From positions 1-48,817 of the IMG/VR virus record IMGVR_UViG_3300048855_000177: a stretch of 48,817 nucleotides of DNA. One strand, 5' to 3'. This document shows positions 18,144 through 27,258 of the stretch, piece by piece. The stretch comes from a virus (taxonomy: Duplodnaviria; Caudoviricetes). The translations under genes and the position numbers were made by a program. Numbering within the stretch: the stretch's first letter is position 1; the number at the start of each line of letters is the position of its first letter. The notes beneath the pieces are model-generated. The model did not search any database. It was given only the letters and a program-made list of their open reading frames with translations, and was not told the origin of the DNA.

Positions 18144-20302
18144 CAGAGAACCCTCGACGATTTGGCCTGACGAACGTGCGAGATTACTTTGCCGCCCAGT
18201 TCAGCGTCGCGCTTCGCAAATTCACGCTGCATCAAGGCGAGCGTTTTTTCGTCTGCATTCCCTTGGACTACGATTGACGCGCCCTCAACAGTGACGTTAG
18301 TTCCGCTGCCAGAGCGGCCGGCGATGCTGGACGGAATTCGCATCCCGACCGGCCCGCCATCCGCATAACCGCGATGCAGCTTCGCCAAATTCCCCAGTCC
18401 AATCCGGTTCACCGACTGCTGGTCAAAAACGTATTCGCCCTTGTGGACGACACCGGCCGGCTGGTTTTTGCCACCCGGCCCGGTGTAACCGCCGCTCGCA
18501 AACAGGCCGCCGGTGCCGGTGAGCGAGAAGCCACCACTGCTGGATGCGCCCCCGCCCCCACCGAGCACACCTCCCAGCGCGCCGGCAATCGGCCCGGTGA
18601 TGGCGCGGCGAACCGCGATGCGCGCAAGATCCGCGATGATGGCATTTGCCATGTTCTTGAACGCATCCTTCGCAGAAGTGGCGCCGGTTACTATGTCCGT
18701 CAATCCATCTTCGAGAGTCCGGAGGCCGCCGACGGCGAACTGCTGCGTCAATGCGTCAGTATCTCGAGCCTGCCTCGCAAATGTGTTGAGCGGAGAGTTT
18801 GCCTGCGCCGCCGCTTCCGCAGCCTTCAGATATGCATCGGCTAGCTCGGTGATCTTCGCCCGCTGCGCGTCGGTGACCTCGGTGTTCTTGAGGCCAGCGG
18901 CTTCGTTGGCGCGCTTGGCTGCCGTCTCGAGCTCAGTCTGCACACGGGCGCGCTGCTGTGCTGCCGCGCCAAGGTCGATTGCTGCGGTCTCCGCATTGAG
19001 GACTGCGGTTCGCTTTTCGATCTGCGCACTTGCGCGCTCGAAAACGTCTGTCGACTCTTCTCCGTCTTTCTTCTTTTTCTCAGCCGGATAGTCCGATGCC
19101 TTGATCTTCTTCGGCGTGAACGGTGCGAAGGCTTCATCGAAGCGGCTCGGCCCCTCCGTCTTTCCAGCATTCTTCAGCTTGTTGACGCCCTCCTGGCGGA
19201 GAGCTTCGGCGTCCTTCATCTCCTTGGCGAGCTTCTGCACGCCGTCAATGCGGGCTTGGACTGAACGGTCCTCTACCGTCCCAAAAAGAAGCTTCTCAGC
19301 ACCGGGCTCAAGGAACTTGACGAGATTTCGCCATGACGGGTTCTTCCACAGATCGTCAGCAGCGGTGCCAAGCGATGCAACGCCCTTGCCGACATCCGAA
19401 TTGCCGACGAACTCGGCCAGCATCTTATAGGCGACAACCAGACGATCGACCGCAAGCGCCAGATTGTTCACGCCGTTGACGGCGTCGCCCGAGATCTTCG
19501 AAACCTGGTCCACTTCCCGAGCAGCATTGATCGCCGCGTTTTTGAGATTGGTGAATGCCTGCGAGATGGTCATTTCCATCGACGCGGCTTTGCTCCGCAG
19601 ACCATCGGCACCGGCCTGGAAGCCCAGGAAGAACGCCTTTGACGAAATCTCGCCGTCGTTCACCATCTTGCGAAGCTTGGCAACCGAACCTCCAGCCTCC
19701 TCAATGCCGTTCGCGGCCGCCTGCACGATCGAAGGCGCGCCTTCGAGGATCGAATTGAACTCTTCCGCGCGGACCGTGCCGGCGCCAAGCGCTTGCGACA
19801 GCTGCAGCAGCGCGCCGCTGGATTCTGCGGCGGTCTTGCCGGATACGCGTAGCGCCAGTGCGACATTGTCCGAAAACTTCGCCAGTTCGAGGCTACCGAC
19901 GCCGAGCTCTTTCTGCGAAAGCGAAACCTTGCCGTAAAGATCAGCCAACGCCACCAGCGGCGCGCCGTTCTTCTGGGCCGACTGATACAGCTTCTCATAG
20001 ACCGCGTTCAGCTCGTTGCCGGACAGGCCCGCGACCTTGAGCGCGTTGTCGATCTTGGTGGCAGAGTCGAGGAATTCCTTGGCGGCGCCAGCCGACAGCA
20101 CGCCGCCGGCGATCTTTCCTGCAGTGCCGAGCGACGAGCCGAAGTCAAATGACTTGCTGACGTTCTGGTTCATCTTGGCAAACCGCTTCTCAATGCCATT
20201 GGCTTGAGTGTTGGTCTGCGCCATCGCCTTCGCCAGCGACTTTTCGAATTTCGCGATATTTGCTTCCAGCGAGATTGTCAGTCGTTCAAGATCGGTAGCG
20301 AT
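18143..20302 (-). CDS. Tail tape measure protein (probable ATC start at 20302; first ATG at 20224)
   Basis: Tape-measure N-domain LLQLSQALGAGTVRAEEFNSILE and C-terminal FASGGYTGPGGKNQPAGVVHKGEYV; AGGAGG 5 nt before ATC-GCT-ACC-GAT-CTT-GAA (xATDLERL). Confidence 0.9.
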   Translation of the reverse strand: MATDLERLTISLEANIAKFEKSLAKAMAQTNTQANGIEKRFAKMNQNVSKSFDFGSSLGTAGKIAGGVLSAGAAKEFLDSATKIDNALKVAGLSGNELNAVYEKLYQSAQKNGAPLVALADLYGKVSLSQKELGVGSLELAKFSDNVALALRVSGKTAAESSGALLQLSQALGAGTVRAEEFNSILEGAPSIVQAAANGIEEAGGSVAKLRKMVNDGEISSKAFFLGFQAGADGLRSKAASMEMTISQAFTNLKNAAINAAREVDQVSKISGDAVNGVNNLALAVDRLVVAYKMLAEFVGNSDVGKGVASLGTAADDLWKNPSWRNLVKFLEPGAEKLLFGTVEDRSVQARIDGVQKLAKEMKDAEALRQEGVNKLKNAGKTEGPSRFDEAFAPFTPKKIKASDYPAEKKKKDGEESTDVFERASAQIEKRTAVLNAETAAIDLGAAAQQRARVQTELETAAKRANEAAGLKNTEVTDAQRAKITELADAYLKAAEAAAQANSPLNTFARQARDTDALTQQFAVGGLRTLEDGLTDIVTGATSAKDAFKNMANAIIADLARIAVRRAITGPIAGALGGVLGGGGGASSSGGFSLTGTGGLFASGGYTGPGGKNQPAGVVHKGEYVFDQQSVNRIGLGNLAKLHRGYADGGPVGMRIPSSIAGRSGSGTNVTVEGASIVVQGNADEKTLALMQREFAKRDAELGGKVISHVRQAKSSRVL

Positions 20303-20311
20303 GACAGCCTC

Positions 20312-20543
20312 CTATTCTTTGGACTGCAGCCAGTCCCAGATTTCGTCAGATTCCGCGGCGCTCAGGCCTTCGCTTTCGACCTGGCCGGAGAGCACCGCGA
20401 AGTATTCCCAGATCGACATCGCCTTCACGTCCTGCGGGCTCAATCCGAGCTTTCCGCCGGTCGCCAGAATTGCTCCGAACCTCAGCTTCCCGTTGGGGAG
20501 GTCGTCGACTCGCTGTCCGGATTCGGAGCTTCTGATTTTTTTT
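20312..20543 (-). CDS. Tail assembly chaperone frameshift extension (gpGT-like)
   Basis: -1 frame from the A8 run: ...LGLSPQDVKAMSIWEY...EIWDWL; no convincing start of its own. Confidence 0.7.
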
Positions 20544-20865
20544 CGATTTCTTCCTCCGGCGCACCGAAGCAAGCAGCAGACATGATCACTTGGGCCGTCA
20601 GGCGGTTCTCCGCCGGCGGGCGGCCCTCGACATAGAGCCGCACCAGCTTCGTCGCTTCCACCGGGGTCTTCCCGCCGCCGACCAGACCCCAGCGAATAAC
20701 TTCGCTGATGTCTTCAAGCCGGCACCGGCCGTCGCTCAGACGATCGAGAACGACGAAGGGGCCGGCGTCGGCCGCCTCTTGGAGCTTCGCAAGCTCACCC
20801 CAGCGAAGAGCGAAGGTGTAATCCCCGTCGCCCCACTGCAGCGTTACCGATGCGTCTCGGCTCAC
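20482..20865 (-). CDS. Tail assembly chaperone (GTA-gp10-like, gpG)
   Basis: MSRDASVTLQWGDGDYTFALRWGEL...IRWGLVGGG; ends EEIEKKS at slippery site. Confidence 0.8.
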   Translation of the reverse strand: MSRDASVTLQWGDGDYTFALRWGELAKLQEAADAGPFVVLDRLSDGRCRLEDISEVIRWGLVGGGKTPVEATKLVRLYVEGRPPAENRLTAQVIMSAACFGAPEEEIEKKSEAPNPDSESTTSPTGS

Positions 20866-21299
20866 GTAACGACCCGCACCATTTCGCCGTCGGACTGCAG
20901 CGAAACGTTCGCCGTGGCGCGCTGCGAGTTCTCGGCGCTGACCTCGAAGCTTTCGAGGTGCATCAGGCCGGTCCATGTGATGGTCTTGGCCGGGAATTCC
21001 CATTCGATCTTGACCGACACGGAGTCGACGTCTTCGAACGCATCGAGCCACGTCTCGACGGATTCGGAAGCAAGGACGCCTTCGCCGCTGACGGTCATCG
21101 AAAGCGAGACAGCATCACGCCCCAGCCAATCGATTTTGTCAGGATCCAGACAATCGGGGATTTGGAAATCGTTCAGCGCCTTGTTGAGCGAGACAGAGCG
21201 CGACGTGAAACCGCACGGCGCAGCGAACACTTCCGGAGAAGCTCCATCACCCAAAAGCACACGAACCTTGCCGCCCTTGATGGTTGTTGCGACTGCCAT
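20862..21299 (-). CDS. Major tail tube protein
   Basis: LLGDGASPEVFAAPCG...SMTVSGEGV...LQSDGEM, GTA/TP901-1-like; GGAG RBS. Confidence 0.85.
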   Translation of the reverse strand: MAVATTIKGGKVRVLLGDGASPEVFAAPCGFTSRSVSLNKALNDFQIPDCLDPDKIDWLGRDAVSLSMTVSGEGVLASESVETWLDAFEDVDSVSVKIEWEFPAKTITWTGLMHLESFEVSAENSQRATANVSLQSDGEMVRVVT

Positions 21300-21351
21300 T
21301 TGATCGTCTCCGTCTGAATGAGCCCGCGCGCAGCGCAAGCGTTGTTGAGGT

Positions 21352-21756
21352 TTAGGGCTGCTCGACTAGGGCCACGAACTCAATCGCCGCGTGGTTGGTG
21401 ACGCCGTCGTTGTCGCGCAGATTGCGCGTCTGTCGATGTTCGATCGACAGCAGGGCGTTGTCCGTCAGCTCGAGATCGAAGCCGTGCAGTGCGGCGCGCA
21501 CCGCCTCGGCGACGCGCTTGACTTCCGGCAGGCCCTTGGCAGTCGACCAAGCGTCGATCTGAATGGTAACTTCGTAGCCGGTGATGCAGTCGGCATCGTC
21601 GGAGACGACCTGGTCCGGCCCGAGCGAAACGTAGGGTGTTACGGCCGTAGTCGGCACATCGTCATAGATCCGCTGGGCGACCAAAGCCGTCAGCGGCGCG
21701 TAGGCCTTCAAACGGGCTACTATGGCGCCCTGCAGCTCTAGGCTCACGCTTGTCAC
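21352..21756 (-). CDS. Tail terminator (DUF3168)
   Basis: LQGAIVARLK...IYDDVP...PYVSLG...QIDAWS...VRAALH. Confidence 0.85.
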   Translation of the reverse strand: MTSVSLELQGAIVARLKAYAPLTALVAQRIYDDVPTTAVTPYVSLGPDQVVSDDADCITGYEVTIQIDAWSTAKGLPEVKRVAEAVRAALHGFDLELTDNALLSIEHRQTRNLRDNDGVTNHAAIEFVALVEQP

Positions 21757-22214
21757 TTACCGGCCACCTTTTTCGCTGCCTTGGTCGTCGCGCGGGTGAT
21801 GCGGGATTTCACACGCTTTCGCAGCGCGCGGTATGCCGGGTAGAAGAATGGCGCGGCCCGCGTGCCAGGATGCAGAGTGCCGGCGAACTTCCCGCCATTG
21901 ACGTGCGGCCGCGTCCCGAATTCCACCAGATGCGCGTAGCGAACCTTGCTGTTGCCGGCGGAGATACGAACCGTGAGGTCCGGGTCGCCGGCGCCGGCCG
22001 CCGCATTCAGCGACGAATATTTCACTCGGCCTGCGCCCCAGGTTTGAACGATGCTGTTGCGGAGATCACCGTCTTTGACGGGCACCAGCCGCTTCTGCAT
22101 ATCGGTGATCTCGTCAGCGCCTTCAGCCAGAGCTTGTTTGATCGCCGACCGGACTTCGGCCGGCAGAGCTTTCATCTTTGCCAGCAGCCTTGCGCGGCCT
22201 TCGATCTTTGACAT
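21753..22214 (-). CDS. HK97 gp10-like neck protein
   Basis: VPVKDGDLRNSI, YAHLVEFGT, PFFYPA. Confidence 0.85.
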   Translation of the reverse strand: MSKIEGRARLLAKMKALPAEVRSAIKQALAEGADEITDMQKRLVPVKDGDLRNSIVQTWGAGRVKYSSLNAAAGAGDPDLTVRISAGNSKVRYAHLVEFGTRPHVNGGKFAGTLHPGTRAAPFFYPAYRALRKRVKSRITRATTKAAKKVAGK

Positions 22215-22356
22215 GAATGCCCCCGGCTTTCGCCTTGACGATCGCCGCAACCGCAGCTTCCGGCACGCGATGGTAGGTCTGCCCGGCCAGGTACGCGATG
22301 ATGACGCCAGACCGCGGCCGGTAATCGAAGCCGGCCGTCATGGTGACGGTCTTCAT
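22123..22356 (-). CDS. Small neck-region hypothetical protein
   Basis: Starts right after head-closure stop; MKTVTMTAGFDYRP. Confidence 0.5.
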   Translation of the reverse strand: MKTVTMTAGFDYRPRSGVIIAYLAGQTYHRVPEAAVAAIVKAKAGGIHVKDRRPRKAAGKDESSAGRSPVGDQTSSG

Positions 22357-22698
22357 CTAGGCCGCCACGCCCGACTGACACAGCAGCTCGAGCCACGCGC
22401 CGCCGTCATCGGGGTCGATGATGGAGCGGATGGCGTATTCCTTGCCCTCGCGCACGTCGCGCGCACGCCAGTCGGGCTGGATCTGGATCGTCTTCGAGCT
22501 CTGGCGCACGGTGATGTTGACGGTATTCTGGCTTTGCAGCCGAGCCGCAAGAACGGTCTCGCCGCCGAGCTTTGGAGCCACCTTGGCCGACGTGATGAAC
22601 TGCTCCACCCAATCCGCCTGCGTATTGCCGAAGCCGTCGTCAATGTCCTGACGGCGGTCCCAAGCGATGCGATGGCTAAGCTCACCGGCGGTCGCCAT
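22357..22698 (-). CDS. Head closure / head-tail adaptor (SPP1 gp16-like)
   Basis: AGELSHRI...DDGFGN...GGETVLAARL...ITVR...WRARD. Confidence 0.85.
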   Translation of the reverse strand: MATAGELSHRIAWDRRQDIDDGFGNTQADWVEQFITSAKVAPKLGGETVLAARLQSQNTVNITVRQSSKTIQIQPDWRARDVREGKEYAIRSIIDPDDGGAWLELLCQSGVAA

Positions 22699-22700
22699 GA

Positions 22701-23111
22701 TTACTTGGTGACGCCCGGAGCCTGGATTGCCACGTTCAGCACAGAGGTAGACGCGGCCATGCCGAGCAGGCAGACATTCTCGCCCGCCCCGAGATCGGCC
22801 GCCGGCTGAATGCCGCCAGGAGTCTCGCTAAGATAGTACGCGTCGCCGGCGACGAGCGTGGCACCGATGGTGACTGGGCCGCTGGTGCAGATCGCGATCG
22901 GCTGATTCAGCGCTGCACCGTTAAGGGCAACGCCCACTGCTTTCTTGGCCTCAGCCGTTGCCGAATTGCTATCGGCAAGCATCCATTTCTTGGTGGTCGA
23001 GGACAGATAGACCGCCGCACGGGCGGTGATCGTCTCGCCCGCCTGGCCAGACACTCGGGACGCCGACGGGTCGGCAACAACGGACGCGGCAGTGATGCTG
23101 AGATCGGCCAT
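22701..23111 (-). CDS. Virion structural protein (capsid cement/decoration-like)
   Basis: AGETITA..AVYL...AVGVALNGA...YYLSETPGGI; AGGAG RBS. Confidence 0.6.
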   Translation of the reverse strand: MADLSITAASVVADPSASRVSGQAGETITARAAVYLSSTTKKWMLADSNSATAEAKKAVGVALNGAALNQPIAICTSGPVTIGATLVAGDAYYLSETPGGIQPAADLGAGENVCLLGMAASTSVLNVAIQAPGVTK

Positions 23112-23124
23112 GGTGGCTCTCCTG

Positions 23125-23712
23125 TTAAACGAACATGCTGCGATAGGGCTGCAGAAGGCGATTGATCGTATCGGGCAGATTGCGATCCACTTCGGTCTCG
23201 CCGTCGTAGGTCATCTGGACGTGCAGCTTGACGGCGGTCTTGAAGTTGTTGACGCGGGTGTCATCCGCGTCGTAGCCGGCCCAGTAGCGGACGCGCACCG
23301 CCGCGTCTCCTGCGTAAGCCTGCGGCCATGACTGCCCAGACTTCAGCACCAGCCGACGATCCGATGAGCTTGGGTCCATGAGACGATATACGGTGTCTGG
23401 CACGGTCTGTTCGATCCCGCCTTCATCGTCGTAGGTCACGACGAGCAAGTAATCCTCGTCGTCCACCAGCACCGGTCCGCATGGGAGCGGAATGCAGGTT
23501 GAGAAAAGCGGAAGACTTACTTCAATCTCACGGGCCAGAATGCAGGCACCCAGCTTTCCGAGTAACGGGTCTTCGAACTCGGTAATCGCACCCCAGATTT
23601 TCGAGAGAATGTCGGCGTCGTCGTCATCAAAGTCAGAAGCGCGCAGATGCGCCTTCACCTCTTCGAGTGAAGGCACGGGCTCATCCGGCCTTGTGACGAC
23701 GACCCAGGACAT
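23125..23712 (-). CDS. Head-tail connector (gp6-like)
   Basis: PSLEEVKAHLR...VRVRYWAGY...LLQPYR. Confidence 0.85.
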   Translation of the reverse strand: MSWVVVTRPDEPVPSLEEVKAHLRASDFDDDDADILSKIWGAITEFEDPLLGKLGACILAREIEVSLPLFSTCIPLPCGPVLVDDEDYLLVVTYDDEGGIEQTVPDTVYRLMDPSSSDRRLVLKSGQSWPQAYAGDAAVRVRYWAGYDADDTRVNNFKTAVKLHVQMTYDGETEVDRNLPDTINRLLQPYRSMFV

Positions 23713-23719
23713 GACGGGA

Positions 23720-24088
23720 TCAGCCGACGATGAAGCGGAAAGTGCCGGACTTGGCGTTACCGCCCTGTGCGATCACGATCTTGATCCGCGAAACGATTGC
23801 TATCCGCTCGGCGACTGCAGTGCCGCCAGCGGCATATAGGCGAGCGGCACCGGCCTGATCCATCACCGGCGCGCGCGGCCGAACGATTTCGGAGGCGTTA
23901 ATGTTGGTGTCGGCCCACAGGCTTTCGCCGGTCTCATCATCGGTGATGGTGAAATCGACGCCATCGGCATAATCAACCTTCTCATACTGGATGCTTTCCA
24001 GAAGACCGCGGCACCGGCCGGCGGAAGGAGCGTAGGCGGTCGCGTTGCCGCTGGCGTCGGTGGTTACCGTCAATTCATAGAGGCGCAT
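23720..24088 (-). CDS. Head-region structural/hypothetical protein
   Basis: AAGGA RBS before MRLYELTVTTDASG; beta-rich. Confidence 0.6.
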   Translation of the reverse strand: MRLYELTVTTDASGNATAYAPSAGRCRGLLESIQYEKVDYADGVDFTITDDETGESLWADTNINASEIVRPRAPVMDQAGAARLYAAGGTAVAERIAIVSRIKIVIAQGGNAKSGTFRFIVG

Positions 24089-24164
24089 GGTCGTCTTCCT
24101 TTGCTGGGGAGGCGGCACGGATTAACGGCTCGCCGGGATTGCCCTTCTCAGGGTGGATGAGGCG

Positions 24165-25331
24165 TCAGCGCGCCAATTTCGTCAGGAGAGGATAGAGATC
24201 GGCCTCGGCCGTGGTGCCGTCGCCGTTGGTCAGGACGACCACACCACTCTCGTCAACTTCAAAAGCGACCACGGGTGAGCCGGCATCACCACGCTCGCCG
24301 CGCGGCCCTTGCGGCCCACGCTCGCCGGGATTGCCCCGCTTGCCCTGCATGGAAAGCATTTGCCAGCCGTCACCGGGGCATGGGCCAGGGTCATTCCGCT
24401 TCGCAACGAACGAAGCGCCATTCAGCGCCACAACATCAAACTCGAAATACGTTTCCTCGGCAGCATGCGTACCGCGGATAGCGAAAGACGCGCCGTCGCG
24501 GCCATTGACGCCGGCTGCAGCGATGCAGTGCCAGTCATCGTGCGGCGGAGAACGTCCGGTATCTCGAAGGGCTTGGAAGGTGCCGCCATTGATCGTGGCG
24601 ACTTCGCCCTCGTAATACACGCGATCTTCCCATACCTGCACCGTCGGCAGCTTGCCCGGCGCGCCAGCCTCGCCGCGCGGACCGGGAATGCCGTCGGCAC
24701 CGTCGCGACCGTCAACGCCGTCGGCGCCACGCTCGCCCTGCTCACCTTGTTCGCCCCGTTCGCCGGCAGGTCCACGCTCCCCCGGAGCCCCAGCCTGCAC
24801 AGGATTGGCGGCGAAATATCGTGCCACAGCAGCATCAATATCTTCAGCCGTCGGCGCGGGACCAGCTTCACCCCGTTCACCCGGCAAGCCCCGCTCACCC
24901 TGCTGACCGTCAGCACCGTTCGCGCCGTCACGACCAGCCGCTCCGTCTTTGCCATCAGCGCCGGACGGCCCTTGCGGACCCTGCAAGCCGTCGACGCCGT
25001 CTTTGCCATTGACGCCATCCAGACCGTCGCGCCCGGCTATGCCATCCTTGCCGTCGAGCCCGGCGGCGCCATCGCGCCCATCAGTTCCAGGGGCACCATC
25101 GCGCCCATCAGCGCCATTCGCGCCGTCGTGGCCCCGTTCACCATCTTTGACGCGGGCGATCACGTCCTCCACTTGGCGCTCCAAGTTGGAGAAACGAAGT
25201 TCGCGCTCAGCATCGATGCGGCGGACGTCGGATACGGCAGCCTCAATGCGGAGCATCGACTCCCGCTCGACCCGACCAGCTACCGCGCCGAGCTCTTCGG
25301 CGAGGATGTCAAACGGCGACTGTGCGGGCAT
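24165..25331 (-). CDS. Collagen-like (Gly-X-Y repeat) protein
   Basis: Three Gly-X-Y tracts (GERGHDGANGADGRDG..., GAPGERGPAGERG..., GKRGNPGERGPQG). Confidence 0.85.
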   Translation of the reverse strand: MPAQSPFDILAEELGAVAGRVERESMLRIEAAVSDVRRIDAERELRFSNLERQVEDVIARVKDGERGHDGANGADGRDGAPGTDGRDGAAGLDGKDGIAGRDGLDGVNGKDGVDGLQGPQGPSGADGKDGAAGRDGANGADGQQGERGLPGERGEAGPAPTAEDIDAAVARYFAANPVQAGAPGERGPAGERGEQGEQGERGADGVDGRDGADGIPGPRGEAGAPGKLPTVQVWEDRVYYEGEVATINGGTFQALRDTGRSPPHDDWHCIAAAGVNGRDGASFAIRGTHAAEETYFEFDVVALNGASFVAKRNDPGPCPGDGWQMLSMQGKRGNPGERGPQGPRGERGDAGSPVVAFEVDESGVVVLTNGDGTTAEADLYPLLTKLAR

Positions 25332-26715
25332 ATGCTGACCGGAAGGATTGGCGCGCGCGCTCATTGCTTTCTGCGTCTCCTGCCGGCGCATTATCGCCAG
25401 GCCCTTCGTCATCGTCGTCATTTGCTGGCGCTGGCAAAGCCGGCTGGCCGGGCTGCGGCGGCTTCATCTCGGTGCCATAGCTCAATGGGACAACCTGCTG
25501 CTGGACACGCGGCATGGCGCCGTGGCCGCCAGGTGTCGATGGCAGATCCAATTCGTTCCGAGCTTCGTCCGAGGAGTGGATGCCGCTGATCGCGCTCTTT
25601 GCGAGACCTTCGATCATTTCCTTGAAGTTGCTGCGGAGAAGCGCCTTCGTATCGAATTCGATGTATTCGTCCGGGACGCCTTTGAGGCCGAACAGAAGCC
25701 CAAGAGCTTCCTCGATGTGGTTCAGCGCGAAGCCGAGACCTGACGCCTTCCACGAAGACATCAAGGCTTCAGTTGAGGCGAACGGCGTGCCGCCGATGCC
25801 GAGGATCTGAAGCGGAATTCGGAACGCCAGCGCGACGTTCTGATCGCTCATTTGGAGGAGGTCGGCGAGCTGCCCGTCACTGGCGCTACCGGTAACTTCC
25901 TTCGCCTTCAATCCCCATGCCAGAATTGGCGTGCCGCCGGCGCCATCACCCTGCGTCTGCTCGTTCCAGCGCTGACGAAGATCCTTGGTCTGATCTGGCG
26001 TCAGCTGTTGGTCCGTCTCCAGCATGAACGACGGACGCGCCTGATTGAGATAGAACGAGACCTGCTGGTTGAGCGCAGCGCCGGACATAGCAAGGTCCAG
26101 CGTCGCAGCGAGGATGGGGCTTTCTCCCTTGAGCGGGTGCCGTGGGGTGTGCAAACGCACATGCAAAACGTCACGCGCTGGTATGGGATCGGAGAAATCA
26201 AATCGGTTCTCCACGACTTCATTTCCAGCGAGGAGGTAGAAAATCGAACCATCCACCGCGATCAGCGGCTTCCCACTCCGCATGAGATGGAGCTCGCTGA
26301 TCTCGTTGCGATCGTTGCGAAGCGCGACCGCATAGGCCTCGCCGTTCACATACAGGCGGCGCGTCAAGTTCAGAAGGAAATCCGAGATCGACTGGTAATC
26401 GTTCGGCCGCTTCATCACACGGGTCGCAGCTGAGTTCTTCACCCGCTCACGCCCACCATTCTCAAGCTTCCGCCACTGATCACCTGGACACATGGCAACA
26501 GTTTGAGCATAGGCTGAGACACACGCCTCGACCATCGCCCCGCTCTCGCCATACGGATTCAGCTTGTATCCAGACTGCCACCAGTTCAGCAGTCGACCGG
26601 GACCCGCCGGCAGCACGCCATCAGCCAGATAGTACGGTCCGGGTCGATAGGCACCCTCGGCCGCGCGCGCTTGAGGTACAAGCGCGTTTCGCAACATGGT
26701 CAGTGCATTAGTCAT
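25309..26715 (-). CDS. Phage portal protein (HK97 family)
   Basis: VEACVSAYAQTVA, RPNDYQS, GEAYA, VLHVR, GESPI, DEARNELDLP. Confidence 0.92.
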   Translation of the reverse strand: MTNALTMLRNALVPQARAAEGAYRPGPYYLADGVLPAGPGRLLNWWQSGYKLNPYGESGAMVEACVSAYAQTVAMCPGDQWRKLENGGRERVKNSAATRVMKRPNDYQSISDFLLNLTRRLYVNGEAYAVALRNDRNEISELHLMRSGKPLIAVDGSIFYLLAGNEVVENRFDFSDPIPARDVLHVRLHTPRHPLKGESPILAATLDLAMSGAALNQQVSFYLNQARPSFMLETDQQLTPDQTKDLRQRWNEQTQGDGAGGTPILAWGLKAKEVTGSASDGQLADLLQMSDQNVALAFRIPLQILGIGGTPFASTEALMSSWKASGLGFALNHIEEALGLLFGLKGVPDEYIEFDTKALLRSNFKEMIEGLAKSAISGIHSSDEARNELDLPSTPGGHGAMPRVQQQVVPLSYGTEMKPPQPGQPALPAPANDDDDEGPGDNAPAGDAESNERARQSFRSAYARTVAV

Positions 26716-26875
26716 TCGGTTTCAACCCCGCTCGCAGATATGCGCCAGCCCCAAAAAGGATCAGCCCTGATGCGATGAGCGCCCCCGCCATCCCCGCAAG
26801 CATCTGCACACCCGCAACAATGCAGGCGGCAGACGCGAGGAACAGGAATGCGACGATGGCGATAGCGAGATTCAC
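26708..26875 (-). CDS. 55-aa two-TM protein preceding the portal (not in ORF track)
   Basis: GTG start: MNLAIAIVAFLFLASAACIVAGVQMLAGMAGALIASGLILFGAGAYLRAGLKPND*; stop overlaps portal start. Confidence 0.65.
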   Translation of the reverse strand: MNLAIAIVAFLFLASAACIVAGVQMLAGMAGALIASGLILFGAGAYLRAGLKPND

Positions 26876-26886
26876 TGTTCAGCCGA

Positions 26887-27189
26887 TCAGCGGGTCTTGT
26901 AATCCAGGCCCTTGCCGTCGGCCTTGATCTCACGACCCTGGCCGAAACGACCTTCCTTCATGGCGTCAAGATCGGCTTGGGTCGGATACGGAGCATCATG
27001 GGACGGCACCGGTTTGGGCTTGGTTACGGCGGGTTTGGCAGCCTCTTCCGCGGCCTTCTTTTCAGATTCCGCCTTGGCATCAGCATCGCGCTTGGCCTTT
27101 GCTTCCGCCTTTTCTTTGGCTTCGGCATCCTTGCGGGCAGCCTCTTCCGCGGCCTTCTTCGCCTTGTCGGCATCGGTCTGATTGTTCAT
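26887..27189 (-). CDS. Lys/Ala/Glu-rich protein after major capsid gene
   Basis: GGAG RBS; KKAAEEAA twice; ends YKTR. Confidence 0.65.
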   Translation of the reverse strand: MNNQTDADKAKKAAEEAARKDAEAKEKAEAKAKRDADAKAESEKKAAEEAAKPAVTKPKPVPSHDAPYPTQADLDAMKEGRFGQGREIKADGKGLDYKTR

Positions 27190-27216
27190 CGCGATCTCCA
27201 GTCGTTCAGGAATTAA

Positions 27217-27238
27217 GGTGGGGCGCGAACGCCCCACC
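27217..27238 (-). terminator. Hairpin/terminator after capsid gene
   Basis: GGTGGGGCG-TTCG-CGCCCCACC followed by TTAATT on minus strand. Confidence 0.6.
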
Positions 27239-27258
27239 CGCTTATCGTCGCTGCAGGC

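Noticed and set aside
24640-25150. 9-nt periodic repeats as a possible CRISPR or VNTR array
   Set aside because: Explained by collagen codons; no constant repeat with unique spacers and no cas genes
24309-25589. 426-aa plus-strand ORF and other repetitive ORFs
   Set aside because: Antisense or alternate frames of the collagen Gly-X-Y repeats
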